The notes: generated from the sequence alone by a model not told the origin. A stretch of DNA of 32,000 bases from Cupriavidus necator (GCF_016127575.1 NZ_CP066019.1:1620001-1652000), one strand, 5' to 3'; positions 9,527 to 18,561 are shown, counted from the first letter of the stretch. Program-made: numbers and translations.

Positions 9527-12500
9527 ATGCGCTGCACCAGTTGCGGTTTCGCGAACCTCGCGGGAGCCAACTTCTGTGAGGCGTGCGGAGCAAAGCTTGG
9601 CCGAGCCTGCCCTCAGTGTGGTGAGGAAGCCACTGCAGCCGCGAAGTTCTGCCGCGCTTGCGGCTTTGCGCTGACCGACGCCCCGGTCGGCACCGCTGCC
9701 ACGCCAGCGCCGCCCGCGGCCACGGCCCCGGTCCTCTACACCCCGCCCCACCTTGCCGGGCGCATCCTGGCCGAACAGGCGGCAATGGAGGCCAGGGGCG
9801 AGACCGCCGGCGAGCGCAAGACCATCACCGCGCTGTTTGCCGACATGGCCGGCTCGACCGCGCTGACGCAGGACCTCGACCCCGAAGACGCGCGCCGGCT
9901 GATCGACCCCGTGGTGACGCTGATGATGGAAGCCGTCCACCACTATGAGGGCTATGTGGCCAAGTTCCTCGGCGACGGCATCCTGGCGCTGTTCGGCGCG
10001 CCGATTGCCCACGAGGACCATGCCTTGCGCGCGCTCTACGCGGCGCTGCGCATGCAGGACGCGATGCATCGCCACAGCGACCGGGTGCGGCTGGAGCAAG
10101 GCATCCCGCTGCAGATCCGGATCGGCGTCCATACCGGCGAAGTCGTGGTGCGCTCGATCCGCAAGGATGACCTGCACACCGACTACGATCCGGTCGGGCA
10201 CACCATCCATATCGCTTCGCGCATGGAGGGGATTGCCACGCCGGCGTCGATCCTTGTCAGCGAATCGACCCACAAGCTCACCGAAGGCTATTTCGAGTTC
10301 ACGGCGCTGGGGACCACCCATGTCAAGGGCGTGCGGGATCCGCTCGCGGTATATGAAGTCGTCGGCCTGGGAGCCTTGCGCACGCGCCTGCAGGTGGCCG
10401 CGCACCGCGGCCTCGCCAGGTTTGTCGGGCGCCAGGATGAGCTGGCGCACTTGCACGCGGCGCTGGGGCAGGCCAAGGCTGGACACGGGCGCATTGTTGC
10501 GGTGGTCGGCGAAGCGGGGGTCGGCAAGTCCCGGCTGTTCCATGAGTTCAAGGTCAGATCGCAGCAGGGCTGCCTGGCGCTGGAGACCTTCTCGGTCTCG
10601 CACGGCAAGGCGTTTGCCTACCTGCCGCTGATCGAGATGCTGAAGAGCTATTTCCAGATCACGGCGCAGGACGGCGACCGCAGCTGCCGCGAAAAGGTGA
10701 CCGGCAGGCTGCTGACCCTGGACCGTTCGTTGGAAGAACACCTGCCCTACCTGCTCTACCTGCTCGGCACCATCGAGCCCGACTCGCCGTTGCCGACCAT
10801 GGACCCGACCATCCGGCGCCAGCGCACCTTCGAGGCGATTGCGCGGCTGCTGGTCCGGGAAAGCCTCAACCAGCCGCTGGAAGTCATTTTCGAAGACCTG
10901 CAATGGCTGGACGGTGAGACCGAGGCCTTCCTCAATATGCTGATCGACCATGTGCCCGGCGCGCGCATCCTGCTGCTGGTGAACTACCGGCCGGAGTACA
11001 GCCATCGCTGGAATGCGGACGGGCATTATTCGCAGCTGCAGCTGCAGCCGCTGGGGCAGGCGGAGGCGCAGGAACTGCTGACCGCGCTGCTCGGGGACGA
11101 CCGCAGCCTGGTGCCGCTGAAGCGGCTGATCCTCGACAAGACCGAAGGCAACCCCTTCTTCATGGAGGAAGTGGTCCAGACCCTGGCCGAGGAAGGCGCG
11201 CTGCTCGGCCAGCCCGGCTGCTACCGCATCGAGACCGCGCCGGCCCTGCTCCATATCCCCACCACCGTGCAAGGCGTGCTGGCCGCCCGTATCGACCGGC
11301 TGCCGCTGGCCCAGAAGGAGCTGTTGCAGACCCTGGCCGTGATTGGCAAGGAGTTCCCGCTGAGCCTGGTCCTGCGCGTGACCGGCTTGCCGGAAGACCA
11401 CCTGCATCCGCTGCTGTCCGACCTGCAGGCTGCGGATTTCATCTACGAACGGCCGGCATTCCCTGAGGTCGAGTACGCCTTCAAGCACGCGCTGACCCAG
11501 GAGGTGGCCGGCAGCTCGCTGCTCACCGAGCGGCGCAGCGCCTTGCATGAAAGCTCCGCCCAGGCCATCGAGGCGCTCTTCCATGGCCGGCTCAAGGACT
11601 ACTGCAGCGAACTGGCGCACCACTACAGCAACAGCGGCAACATCCCGAAGGCGGTCGAGTACCTGCACTGCGCCGGCCAGCAAGCCCTGCTGCGCTCGGC
11701 GCAGGCCGAAGCGATCCGGCACCTGAGCATGGCCATCGACCTGCTCAAGCGGCAACCCGACAGTGCCGAACGCGCGCGCCAGGAACTGACGCTGCTGCTT
11801 GCGCTCGGGCCGGCCCTGATTGCGGCCCGGGGCCAGGCATCGCCCGAAGTCGAGGGCAATTACCGGCGTGCGCTGGCCTTGTGCGAGCAAGGCCAGCAGA
11901 CGCCCTACCTGTTCTCGGCACAGCTGGGGTTGTGGGCGTTCTATCAGCTTCGTGCGCAATACGAGGTCTCGCTGCCTTTGGGCAAGCGGCTGCTTGCGCT
12001 GGCCATGAAGTCGCAGAAGCCCAAGCAGCTGGCGGAGGGCCATCGCGCGATCGGCGCCACGCTGTTCCGCCTTGGCATGCTGGACGCCGCGCGCAAGCAT
12101 GTTGAGGCGGTGCTCGCGGTGCCGCATCCTGAGCAACCGGCGTACGACTTCCTCACGGGCTACGGGCGCGACCCGGCCGTCCACGCCACCAGCACGCTGG
12201 GCTGGATCCTGTGGTACCAGGGCTTGGCGGACCAGGCACTGGCGCGCTGCCAGGAGGCGCTGGCCATGGCCCGTGCCCGCCCGGATGCGTACAACCTTGC
12301 CCTGTGCCTGGTCTTTGCCGCGGAACAGCATCAATGCCGGCACGAAGTCCGGCTGACACAGGAGTACGCCGAAGCCGCCATCGCCATCTCGGGCGAACAG
12401 GGTTTTCCGATCTACCTGGCGTGGGGCACCGTCCTGCAGGGCTGGGCGATGGCGGCGCTGGGCAGTCACCAGGAAGGCGTTGCGCTGATGCGCCAGGGCG

Positions 12501-12994
12501 TGGCCGCCTATGAGGCCACCGGCGGCAGACTGGGCATGCCGAACCTGCTGGCCCTGGTTGCCGAGGCCTGCGGCAAGGCAGGCCAGACCACCGCCGCGCT
12601 GGACGTGCTCACGCAGGCACAAGCGCTGGTGGAAGAGACCGGAGAACGGCTGGATGAGGCAACCGTGTACCGGCTGCGCGCCGAGATGCTGCTGCAGCTG
12701 TCGGCAGAGCGCCCTGCGCCGCCGGCCGCGCAGGAGGAAGCCGAAGCCTGCTTGCACCGGGCCATCACGGTCGCCCACGAACAAGGTGCAAAGCCGCTGG
12801 AGCTGCAGGCCACCCTGAGCCTGGCCCGGCTGTGGCGGCAACAAGGCAAGGTCGACGCGGCGCGTCAAGTGCTGGCGCGGGTCCACGGCAGCTTCAGCGA
12901 GGGCACCGACACCGCGGACTGGCAGGAGGCCCAGGCGCTGCTTGCAGCGCTGGCGGCCGACCAGGCCAATACCCCGGAGCGCCCCCACGCATGA
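9527..12994 (+). CDS. Multidomain signalling protein: double zinc ribbon, class III adenylate/guanylate cyclase domain, STAND (AAA_16-like) NTPase, TPR-like repeats
   Basis: ATG at 9527 is preceded by AGGAGG (9517-9522). Four CxxC pairs lie in residues 3-45, followed by a P/A-rich linker. Cyclase motifs: FADMAGST, KFLGDG, GHTIHIASRME. Walker A GEAGVGKS (from 10508) and Walker-B-like VIFEDLQWLD follow. The C-terminal ~500 aa form a helical-repeat region. 1155 aa. Confidence 0.9.
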   Translation: MRCTSCGFANLAGANFCEACGAKLGRACPQCGEEATAAAKFCRACGFALTDAPVGTAATPAPPAATAPVLYTPPHLAGRILAEQAAMEARGETAGERKTITALFADMAGSTALTQDLDPEDARRLIDPVVTLMMEAVHHYEGYVAKFLGDGILALFGAPIAHEDHALRALYAALRMQDAMHRHSDRVRLEQGIPLQIRIGVHTGEVVVRSIRKDDLHTDYDPVGHTIHIASRMEGIATPASILVSESTHKLTEGYFEFTALGTTHVKGVRDPLAVYEVVGLGALRTRLQVAAHRGLARFVGRQDELAHLHAALGQAKAGHGRIVAVVGEAGVGKSRLFHEFKVRSQQGCLALETFSVSHGKAFAYLPLIEMLKSYFQITAQDGDRSCREKVTGRLLTLDRSLEEHLPYLLYLLGTIEPDSPLPTMDPTIRRQRTFEAIARLLVRESLNQPLEVIFEDLQWLDGETEAFLNMLIDHVPGARILLLVNYRPEYSHRWNADGHYSQLQLQPLGQAEAQELLTALLGDDRSLVPLKRLILDKTEGNPFFMEEVVQTLAEEGALLGQPGCYRIETAPALLHIPTTVQGVLAARIDRLPLAQKELLQTLAVIGKEFPLSLVLRVTGLPEDHLHPLLSDLQAADFIYERPAFPEVEYAFKHALTQEVAGSSLLTERRSALHESSAQAIEALFHGRLKDYCSELAHHYSNSGNIPKAVEYLHCAGQQALLRSAQAEAIRHLSMAIDLLKRQPDSAERARQELTLLLALGPALIAARGQASPEVEGNYRRALALCEQGQQTPYLFSAQLGLWAFYQLRAQYEVSLPLGKRLLALAMKSQKPKQLAEGHRAIGATLFRLGMLDAARKHVEAVLAVPHPEQPAYDFLTGYGRDPAVHATSTLGWILWYQGLADQALARCQEALAMARARPDAYNLALCLVFAAEQHQCRHEVRLTQEYAEAAIAISGEQGFPIYLAWGTVLQGWAMAALGSHQEGVALMRQGVAAYEATGGRLGMPNLLALVAEACGKAGQTTAALDVLTQAQALVEETGERLDEATVYRLRAEMLLQLSAERPAPPAAQEEAEACLHRAITVAHEQGAKPLELQATLSLARLWRQQGKVDAARQVLARVHGSFSEGTDTADWQEAQALLAALAADQANTPERPHA

Positions 12995-13635
12995 CCTCGA
13001 CGCCAGGCCTCCCCCTGCAAGACCGCTTCGTCGCGCTGTGGACACGTGCGGGCGGCACGCACGCGGCCGACGCCTATGCCGATCTCGCTCGTTGCTACGG
13101 TGAGCCGACGCGGCACTACCACACCCTCGACCATGTCCGTCGCTGCCTGCAAGACCTGGACTGGGCGCGCAGCGCGATACCGGATACCGACGAGGTGGAA
13201 CTGGCGCTCTGGTGCCACGACGTCATCTACGTGCCCGGCGCCACGGACAACGAGCAACGCAGCGCCGCATGGTTGCGCCATTGGTCGGGCGGCAGCATCG
13301 CCGCCGCCGCGCGCGTGGCCGCCCTTATCCTGGAAACCACCCACGCCGAAGTGCCGGCAAGCCTGGCCGGCCGCTTCACCGCCGACATCGACCTGGCGGC
13401 GCTGGGCTGCAGCCGCGCGCGCTTCCAGGAAAATGGCGCCAACCTGCGGGCCGAACGCACCGACCTGGACGACGCCGCCTATGACGCCGCCGAGCGCGCC
13501 TTCCTGAGTGCGCTGCTGGCCAGCCCGCGCATCTACACCACCGACCTGTTCCAGGCGCGCTACGAGGCGCAGGCACGCGCCAACCTGACGTGGCGGCTGG
13601 CGCAGCCGGCCTGGCCTACAGGAACTCCCCGCTGA
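12991..13635 (+). CDS. HD-domain metal-dependent phosphohydrolase-like protein of an uncharacterised family (COG4339-like)
   Basis: ATG at 12991 overlaps the TGA of the upstream gene (ATGA at 12991-12994). GGAG lies 11 nt upstream. Motifs RHYHTLDH and LWCHDVIY match the H...HD signature. The upstream extension of the ORF to 12832 is Arg/Gly-rich and overlaps the cyclase gene. Confidence 0.8.
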   Translation: MTSTPGLPLQDRFVALWTRAGGTHAADAYADLARCYGEPTRHYHTLDHVRRCLQDLDWARSAIPDTDEVELALWCHDVIYVPGATDNEQRSAAWLRHWSGGSIAAAARVAALILETTHAEVPASLAGRFTADIDLAALGCSRARFQENGANLRAERTDLDDAAYDAAERAFLSALLASPRIYTTDLFQARYEAQARANLTWRLAQPAWPTGTPR

Positions 13636-14647
13636 TATCGATGCTGGAGCGCCGGCCCACGCTGTCGTAGTGCTGCTCCAGCCACCGGCTCGCTTCTGCG
13701 CGGCCCTTGTCGCGCAGCGAGCACAGGAAATTCCAATCGGCGTTGTACTTGGTGGAAACCCCCAGCGCGGCCATGGTCTGGTCCGAGCGGATCGAATGGA
13801 TCCACACCTCCTTCATCTCCGTGCCGTCGAGCTTGCCCTGCTGGATCAGCGACGTGACGAAGGCAATGGCGCGCATCTCGCGCATCAGCGACGAGTTGAA
13901 GCTGACCTCATTGACGCGATTCAGAATATCCGCGGCCGTGGTCGGCACGCCGTGGCGCACGATCGGGTTGATATGGACGATCACCACATCGTGGGTCTGG
14001 CAGTGATAGATCAGCGGGAAAATCGCCGGGTTGCCGACATAGCCGCCATCCCAGTAGTGCTGGCCGTCGATGCTGACCGCCTGGAACAGCGTGGGCACGC
14101 AGGCCGAGGCCAGCACGGCGTCGATGCTGAGTTCCTCGGGCGGGAAGATGCGTATCCGGCTGGTCTCGATATTGGTCGCACACAGGTAGAGCCGGATCGG
14201 GCAATGCTCGCGCAGTGCCGCAAAGTCGACCTGGCTGCCGAGCACGTCGCGCAGCGGATTGAGGTTGTTGGGATTGAACTGGTACGGCGACAGCAGGCGC
14301 AGCGCGATGTCGGCCATCGCATACATCGGCGAATGGTTCAGGCCCAGCGTATGGCTGCTCTTGAACCAAGGCAGCCACCGGAACGGGTTGTAGCGCTGCG
14401 CCGAGTGCGCGATCGCCTCCCAGAAATCATGCAAGGCCAGGCGCGCGCCGTCACTGCCGCCCTGCAGCAGCCCGTAGGCCAGCACGGTGGCGTTCATGGC
14501 CCCGGCGCTGGTGGCGCTGACGCCTTCGATCGCCAGCCTGCCGTCCTCCAGCAGCCGGTCGAGCACGCCCCAGGTAAAGGCGCCATGCATGCCGCCGCCC
14601 TGCAGGGCGAGCGCCACAGGCTTGGGTTGTGCAGGCTCTGGCTGCAT
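13616..14647 (-). CDS. Patatin-like phospholipase family protein
   Basis: Oxyanion motif LQGGGMHGAF, nucleophile elbow SATSAGA (GxSxG variant with Ala in the first position), Asp of the dyad in YWDGGYVGNPA. A long C-terminal extension follows. The 3' end overlaps the HD gene by 20 nt. Confidence 0.9.
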   Translation of the reverse strand: MQPEPAQPKPVALALQGGGMHGAFTWGVLDRLLEDGRLAIEGVSATSAGAMNATVLAYGLLQGGSDGARLALHDFWEAIAHSAQRYNPFRWLPWFKSSHTLGLNHSPMYAMADIALRLLSPYQFNPNNLNPLRDVLGSQVDFAALREHCPIRLYLCATNIETSRIRIFPPEELSIDAVLASACVPTLFQAVSIDGQHYWDGGYVGNPAIFPLIYHCQTHDVVIVHINPIVRHGVPTTAADILNRVNEVSFNSSLMREMRAIAFVTSLIQQGKLDGTEMKEVWIHSIRSDQTMAALGVSTKYNADWNFLCSLRDKGRAEASRWLEQHYDSVGRRSSIDISGEFL

Positions 14648-14789
14648 GCGGTCTTCCCTTCAGCGGCGGCAACCCGCCATGCTCAAGTGTAGGGAAGAAC
14701 TGTGCGTGCAGCGTAGTGCCGGACGCGCGCAGTGGCACACAGCACGTGTGCCCTGGCCAGGCAGGACCAGGGCCGCAAGCTCCGGGACG

Positions 14790-16406
14790 ATGCGCTGGCG
14801 CATAACGCAACTGAGCCAGGCTGCGGCCAGGTACTACAATGGCCGCATAAAAGCAGAACAGCTTTCCTTCGTGCGTCAAATACCTCACTTTCCGGCCCGC
14901 AAAGCCATTTCCCGCCCGGCCTCCCTGATCGTTGCCGCCAGCCTTGTCCTGGTCTGCATGATCGCGGCCCTTGGTGCCCTCGCCCTGGTGCAGATGCGCA
15001 GGGATGCACTGGACAATGCCAGCGAGGCCTCGGCCAACCTGGCGCTGACGCTGGAACGCAGCATCACGCGCAACCTGCAGATCCATGAGCTGGCAATCGG
15101 GGGCATAGTGGAAGCCATGCACGATCCCGCACTGCTGGCGCAACCGCCGGCGCTGCGCCAGCGGCTGCTGTTCGACCGCTTGATCAACGCCGAAGACATG
15201 GGCTCGCTGCTGGTCACCGACGCCAACGGCACGCTGGTGTTCGACTCGCACCAGTGGCCGCCGCGCCCGGTCAACGTTTCTGACCGCGACTACTTCCAGG
15301 TCCACCGCAGCGGCGATCACAGCGGCCTGTTCCTGAGCCGGCCGTTCCAGCCGCGCCTGGCGCCGGAGAACAAGTCCATCGGCATCAGCCGGCGGCTTTC
15401 CGCACCGGACGGCAGCTTTGCCGGCACCGTGGTCGGCACCTTGCGCCTGAACTACTTCCGCAAGCTGTTCGATGGCGTAAGCCTTGGCGCGGGCGGCACC
15501 CTGACGCTGCTGCGCACGGACGGCACCATCATCATGCGGCGGCCCTATGAAGCCGAATCGATCGGGCGCGACATCTCCGGCAGCCCGTCATTTGCACCGC
15601 TGCTGCAAGGCACGCAAGGCACGTTTATCGGCGTCGCGGCAGTCGACGGGGTGCAGCGGCTCTACAGCTTCAGGCGCACTCCGGGCTTTCCGCTGCTGGT
15701 CGTGGTGGGACGCGCCACCCACGACGTGCTGGCACCCTGGCACAAGCGCGCCTGGGTGTTCGGGGCGATGATCATCGCGCTGGACGCTGCCATCATCGCG
15801 CTCTCGGTATTGCTGTCGCGCCAATGGCGGCGCCGTGTCGAGATGGAAGAGCACCTGCGCTGGATGGTCAACACCGATGGCCTGACCGGCCTTGGCAGCC
15901 GCCGTGCGCTGGACGATGCCGCCGACGTGGAATGGCGGCGCGCGCGCCGCCACAGCCAGCCTTTGTCGCTGCTGATGCTGGACGTCGACCACTTCAAGGA
16001 ATTCAATGACCGCTACGGCCACCAGGCCGGTGACGATGCGCTGGCAGCGGTGGGCGCCTGCATCCAGCGCCAGGTGCGGCGGCCGGGCGACTATGCGGGG
16101 CGCTATGGCGGCGAAGAGTTTGCCATCCTGCTGCCGCACACCAACGCTGCCGGCGCGGCCGCCATGGCGGAGGCCATCCGCGCTGCCGTCCAGGCCTTGC
16201 AGATTCCGAATGCTGCCGGTGCCGACGGGCACTTGACGGTCAGCATCGGTGCGGTGACCGATGCCAACGGCCCCGGCAACGAAAAGGATTTCGCCGAGCT
16301 GCGCGCCTTTCTCCGTGCCGGCGACGAAGCGCTCTACCTGGCCAAGCGCTCCGGGCGCAATTGCGTCGCAACCTTCGGCGCCACGGCAGCGGCGATGGCG
16401 TCCTGA
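14790..16406 (+). CDS. Membrane sensor diguanylate cyclase (TM, Cache-like periplasmic domain, TM, GGDEF)
   Basis: TM1 ASLIVAASLVLVCMIAALGALALV, Cache-like segment (VSDRDYFQV...ISRRL), TM2 AWVFGAMIIALDAAIIALSVLL. The GGDEF domain has an active GGEEF and an RPGD I-site 5 residues upstream. The start is uncertain (ATG 14790 has a weak RBS). Confidence 0.85.
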   Translation: MRWRITQLSQAAARYYNGRIKAEQLSFVRQIPHFPARKAISRPASLIVAASLVLVCMIAALGALALVQMRRDALDNASEASANLALTLERSITRNLQIHELAIGGIVEAMHDPALLAQPPALRQRLLFDRLINAEDMGSLLVTDANGTLVFDSHQWPPRPVNVSDRDYFQVHRSGDHSGLFLSRPFQPRLAPENKSIGISRRLSAPDGSFAGTVVGTLRLNYFRKLFDGVSLGAGGTLTLLRTDGTIIMRRPYEAESIGRDISGSPSFAPLLQGTQGTFIGVAAVDGVQRLYSFRRTPGFPLLVVVGRATHDVLAPWHKRAWVFGAMIIALDAAIIALSVLLSRQWRRRVEMEEHLRWMVNTDGLTGLGSRRALDDAADVEWRRARRHSQPLSLLMLDVDHFKEFNDRYGHQAGDDALAAVGACIQRQVRRPGDYAGRYGGEEFAILLPHTNAAGAAAMAEAIRAAVQALQIPNAAGADGHLTVSIGAVTDANGPGNEKDFAELRAFLRAGDEALYLAKRSGRNCVATFGATAAAMAS

Positions 16407-16422
16407 GGGCCCGGCGCCGCGG

Positions 16423-18561
16423 CTACGCCAGTTCGAACCCATGCCGCGCCAGCGGCAGTGAACGGATGCGCTCGCCCGTGGCAGCAAACAGCGCATTGGC
16501 CAGCGCCGGCGCCAGCGTCGGCACCGCCGATTCCCCCACGCCGCCGATGCGCTCGCCGCTCTGCACCAGCACAGCCTCGAAGCGCGGCGTCTGGGCCAGG
16601 CGCAGCAGTGGGTAGTCGTGGAAATTGGATTGCTGCACGCGCCCGTCGCCAATCGTGATGACGCCGGACAGCGCCGCGCTCAGGCCCCAGATGCTGGCGC
16701 CCTCAAGCTGGCGCTCGACCGTGGCGGGGTTGATCACGGTGCCGCAGTCGATAGCATTGACGATGCGGTGCAGCGTGATGCGCTTGTCCCGCACCGACAG
16801 CTCCACTACCGTCGCGCACAGCGAGCCCCATGCCTGCGACAGCGCCACGCCCTGGAAGCGCCCCGCCGGTGCGCCGCCCCAGCCGGCCTGCTGCGCCAGC
16901 CGGCGCAGCAAATCCGCCTGGCGCGGGCGCTCGGCCAGCAGGCGCAGCCGGAACTGCAGCGGATCAGTCCTGGCATGGTGGGCCAGCTCGTCGATGAAGC
17001 TCTCGGCAAAGAACGTGTTCTGGGTATAGCCCACGCCGCGCCAGAAACCGACCGGCACGGCGGTATTGACCATCGCATGGCGCACGGCGACATTGGGCAG
17101 CGCGTAAGGCAGGTCCACCACGCCTTCGACCGACTTGGGATCGACGCCGCCCTTGACCCGGTCCGGGAAATTGCGGATGTAGATCGATGAGCACGCCAGC
17201 CGCGCATCCAGCGCGCGGATGCCTGCCGCGCCGGGTGCCAGCACGGCGCTGAAGCGCGCCGCCGCCGCGGGGCGGTAGAAGTCGTGCTGGATATCTTCCT
17301 CGCGCGACCAGATCAGCTTGACCGGCTGTCCTGCCGCTTTCGATGCCAGCGCCGCCTGCAAAAAGACGTCGAACTCCTCGCGCCGGCCGAAGCCGCCGCC
17401 GACAAAGGTCGAATGCACAACGATGCGTTCGGCCGGCAGGCCGAGCACAGGCGCCAGCCGATGCGCGATCTCGCCGCAGACCTGGGTCGGCCCCCAGATC
17501 TCGGCACGGTCGGCGCGAACGTCGGCCGTGGCATTCATCGGCTCCATGGTCGCGTGCGCGAGGTACGGGACCTCGTATTCGGCGGTATAGGCCTGGCCGG
17601 CCTGCATGTGCGCATCGGGGTCGCCATTGCGCAACGCCAGCGCCGAAGCGCTCCGCGCGGCTTCCCGGTAGCCGGCCATCAAGGCAGCATCGCCGACGGG
17701 TTCGCCTTGCGGCAGTTTCCAGTCCGGCCTGAGCGCGGCCAGGCCCTTGCGCGCGGTCCAGTAGCTGTCGGCCAGCACCACCACGGCGTCGTCCAACGGC
17801 ACCACGCGCCGCACGCCGCGCACGGCCAGCGCCGGCCGGGCCTCGACACGGTGCAGCTTGCCGCCGAATGCCGGGCAGGCCATCACCGAGCCCACCAGCA
17901 TGCGCGGCACCTTGACATCGACGCCGAACACCGCAGCACCGCGCGTCTTCAGCGGAATGTCGAGCCGGTCAGTCGGGCGGCCCAGCAGCTTCCAGTCGCG
18001 CGGATCCTTCAGCGCCACGCTGGCCGGGCGCGGCAAGGCGGCAGCCCGCGCTGCCAGCGCACCGTAGCCAAGCGTCCGGCCGCTGGCCTCATGACGCACC
18101 ACGCCCTGTACGGCACGGCACTCCGCGACCGGCACTTTCCAGCCCTGCGCCGCGGCTTCGCGCAGCATCTCGCGCGCCGTAGCGCCGATGCGCCGCAGCG
18201 GCTCGAACGACCAGCGCGCGGAGGTGCTGCTGGCGGTCGCCTGTACCTTGAACATGCGGTTGTTGTAGACCGGATCGGTGGGCGCCAGCTCCGCGCGCAC
18301 CTGCTTCCAGTCGCACTCCAGCTCTTCGGCAATCAGCATCGGCGCCGATGTCATCACGCCCTGCCCCAGCTCGGCGGAAGGCACCATGATGGTCACGCTG
18401 CCATCGGCATCGATGCGCAGCCACGCGTTGATATCGTCGGGATCGTGCGCGGGCGCATCCGCGGCCTTTGCCAGCGGCAGGTGGAAGCCCAGCACGAACG
18501 CTGCCGGCACGGCGCTGGCAGCCTGCAGGAAGCGGCGGCGACTGGTGTGGCATTCGCTCAC
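16423..18561 (-). CDS. Molybdopterin-binding large subunit of a xanthine dehydrogenase-family hydroxylase (IorB / aldehyde oxidoreductase-like)
   Basis: GTG start at 18561 overlaps the small-subunit stop (GTGA). Twin-arginine signal [16 protein letters not shown]. Long homology-type sequence of aldehyde oxidase/XDH MoCo-binding domains. Confidence 0.9.
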   Translation of the reverse strand: MSECHTSRRRFLQAASAVPAAFVLGFHLPLAKAADAPAHDPDDINAWLRIDADGSVTIMVPSAELGQGVMTSAPMLIAEELECDWKQVRAELAPTDPVYNNRMFKVQATASSTSARWSFEPLRRIGATAREMLREAAAQGWKVPVAECRAVQGVVRHEASGRTLGYGALAARAAALPRPASVALKDPRDWKLLGRPTDRLDIPLKTRGAAVFGVDVKVPRMLVGSVMACPAFGGKLHRVEARPALAVRGVRRVVPLDDAVVVLADSYWTARKGLAALRPDWKLPQGEPVGDAALMAGYREAARSASALALRNGDPDAHMQAGQAYTAEYEVPYLAHATMEPMNATADVRADRAEIWGPTQVCGEIAHRLAPVLGLPAERIVVHSTFVGGGFGRREEFDVFLQAALASKAAGQPVKLIWSREEDIQHDFYRPAAAARFSAVLAPGAAGIRALDARLACSSIYIRNFPDRVKGGVDPKSVEGVVDLPYALPNVAVRHAMVNTAVPVGFWRGVGYTQNTFFAESFIDELAHHARTDPLQFRLRLLAERPRQADLLRRLAQQAGWGGAPAGRFQGVALSQAWGSLCATVVELSVRDKRITLHRIVNAIDCGTVINPATVERQLEGASIWGLSAALSGVITIGDGRVQQSNFHDYPLLRLAQTPRFEAVLVQSGERIGGVGESAVPTLAPALANALFAATGERIRSLPLARHGFELA

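Noticed and set aside
9362-13045. A 1227-aa ORF on the minus strand covering the whole cyclase-STAND gene.
   Set aside because: - It is the in-register antisense frame of the plus-strand gene. In that frame, stops can arise only from sense codons TTA, CTA or TCA, which this GC3-rich gene simply does not use.
- The product is an Arg/Gly/Ala/Gln/Leu-rich string with no motif.
- The plus-strand frame carries clear zinc-ribbon, cyclase, Walker A/B and repeat motifs plus an AGGAGG RBS.
9527-14647. Calling the cyclase/HD/patatin cluster a CBASS or Pycsar system.
   Set aside because: - There is no CD-NTase.
- The cyclase carries the adenine-specific Lys/Asp pair rather than anything suggesting pyrimidine specificity.
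- The cyclase is fused to a STAND NTPase.
- The patatin gene is on the opposite strand.

Only the general logic is analogous, so I report it as a candidate new arrangement, not as a known system.
14734-14752. Inverted repeat GGCACAC-AGCAC-GTGTGCC in the patatin/GGDEF divergent region.
   Set aside because: The 7-bp arms are short for GC-rich DNA, and no matching regulator is evident. I mention it under the GGDEF finding but do not call it a site.
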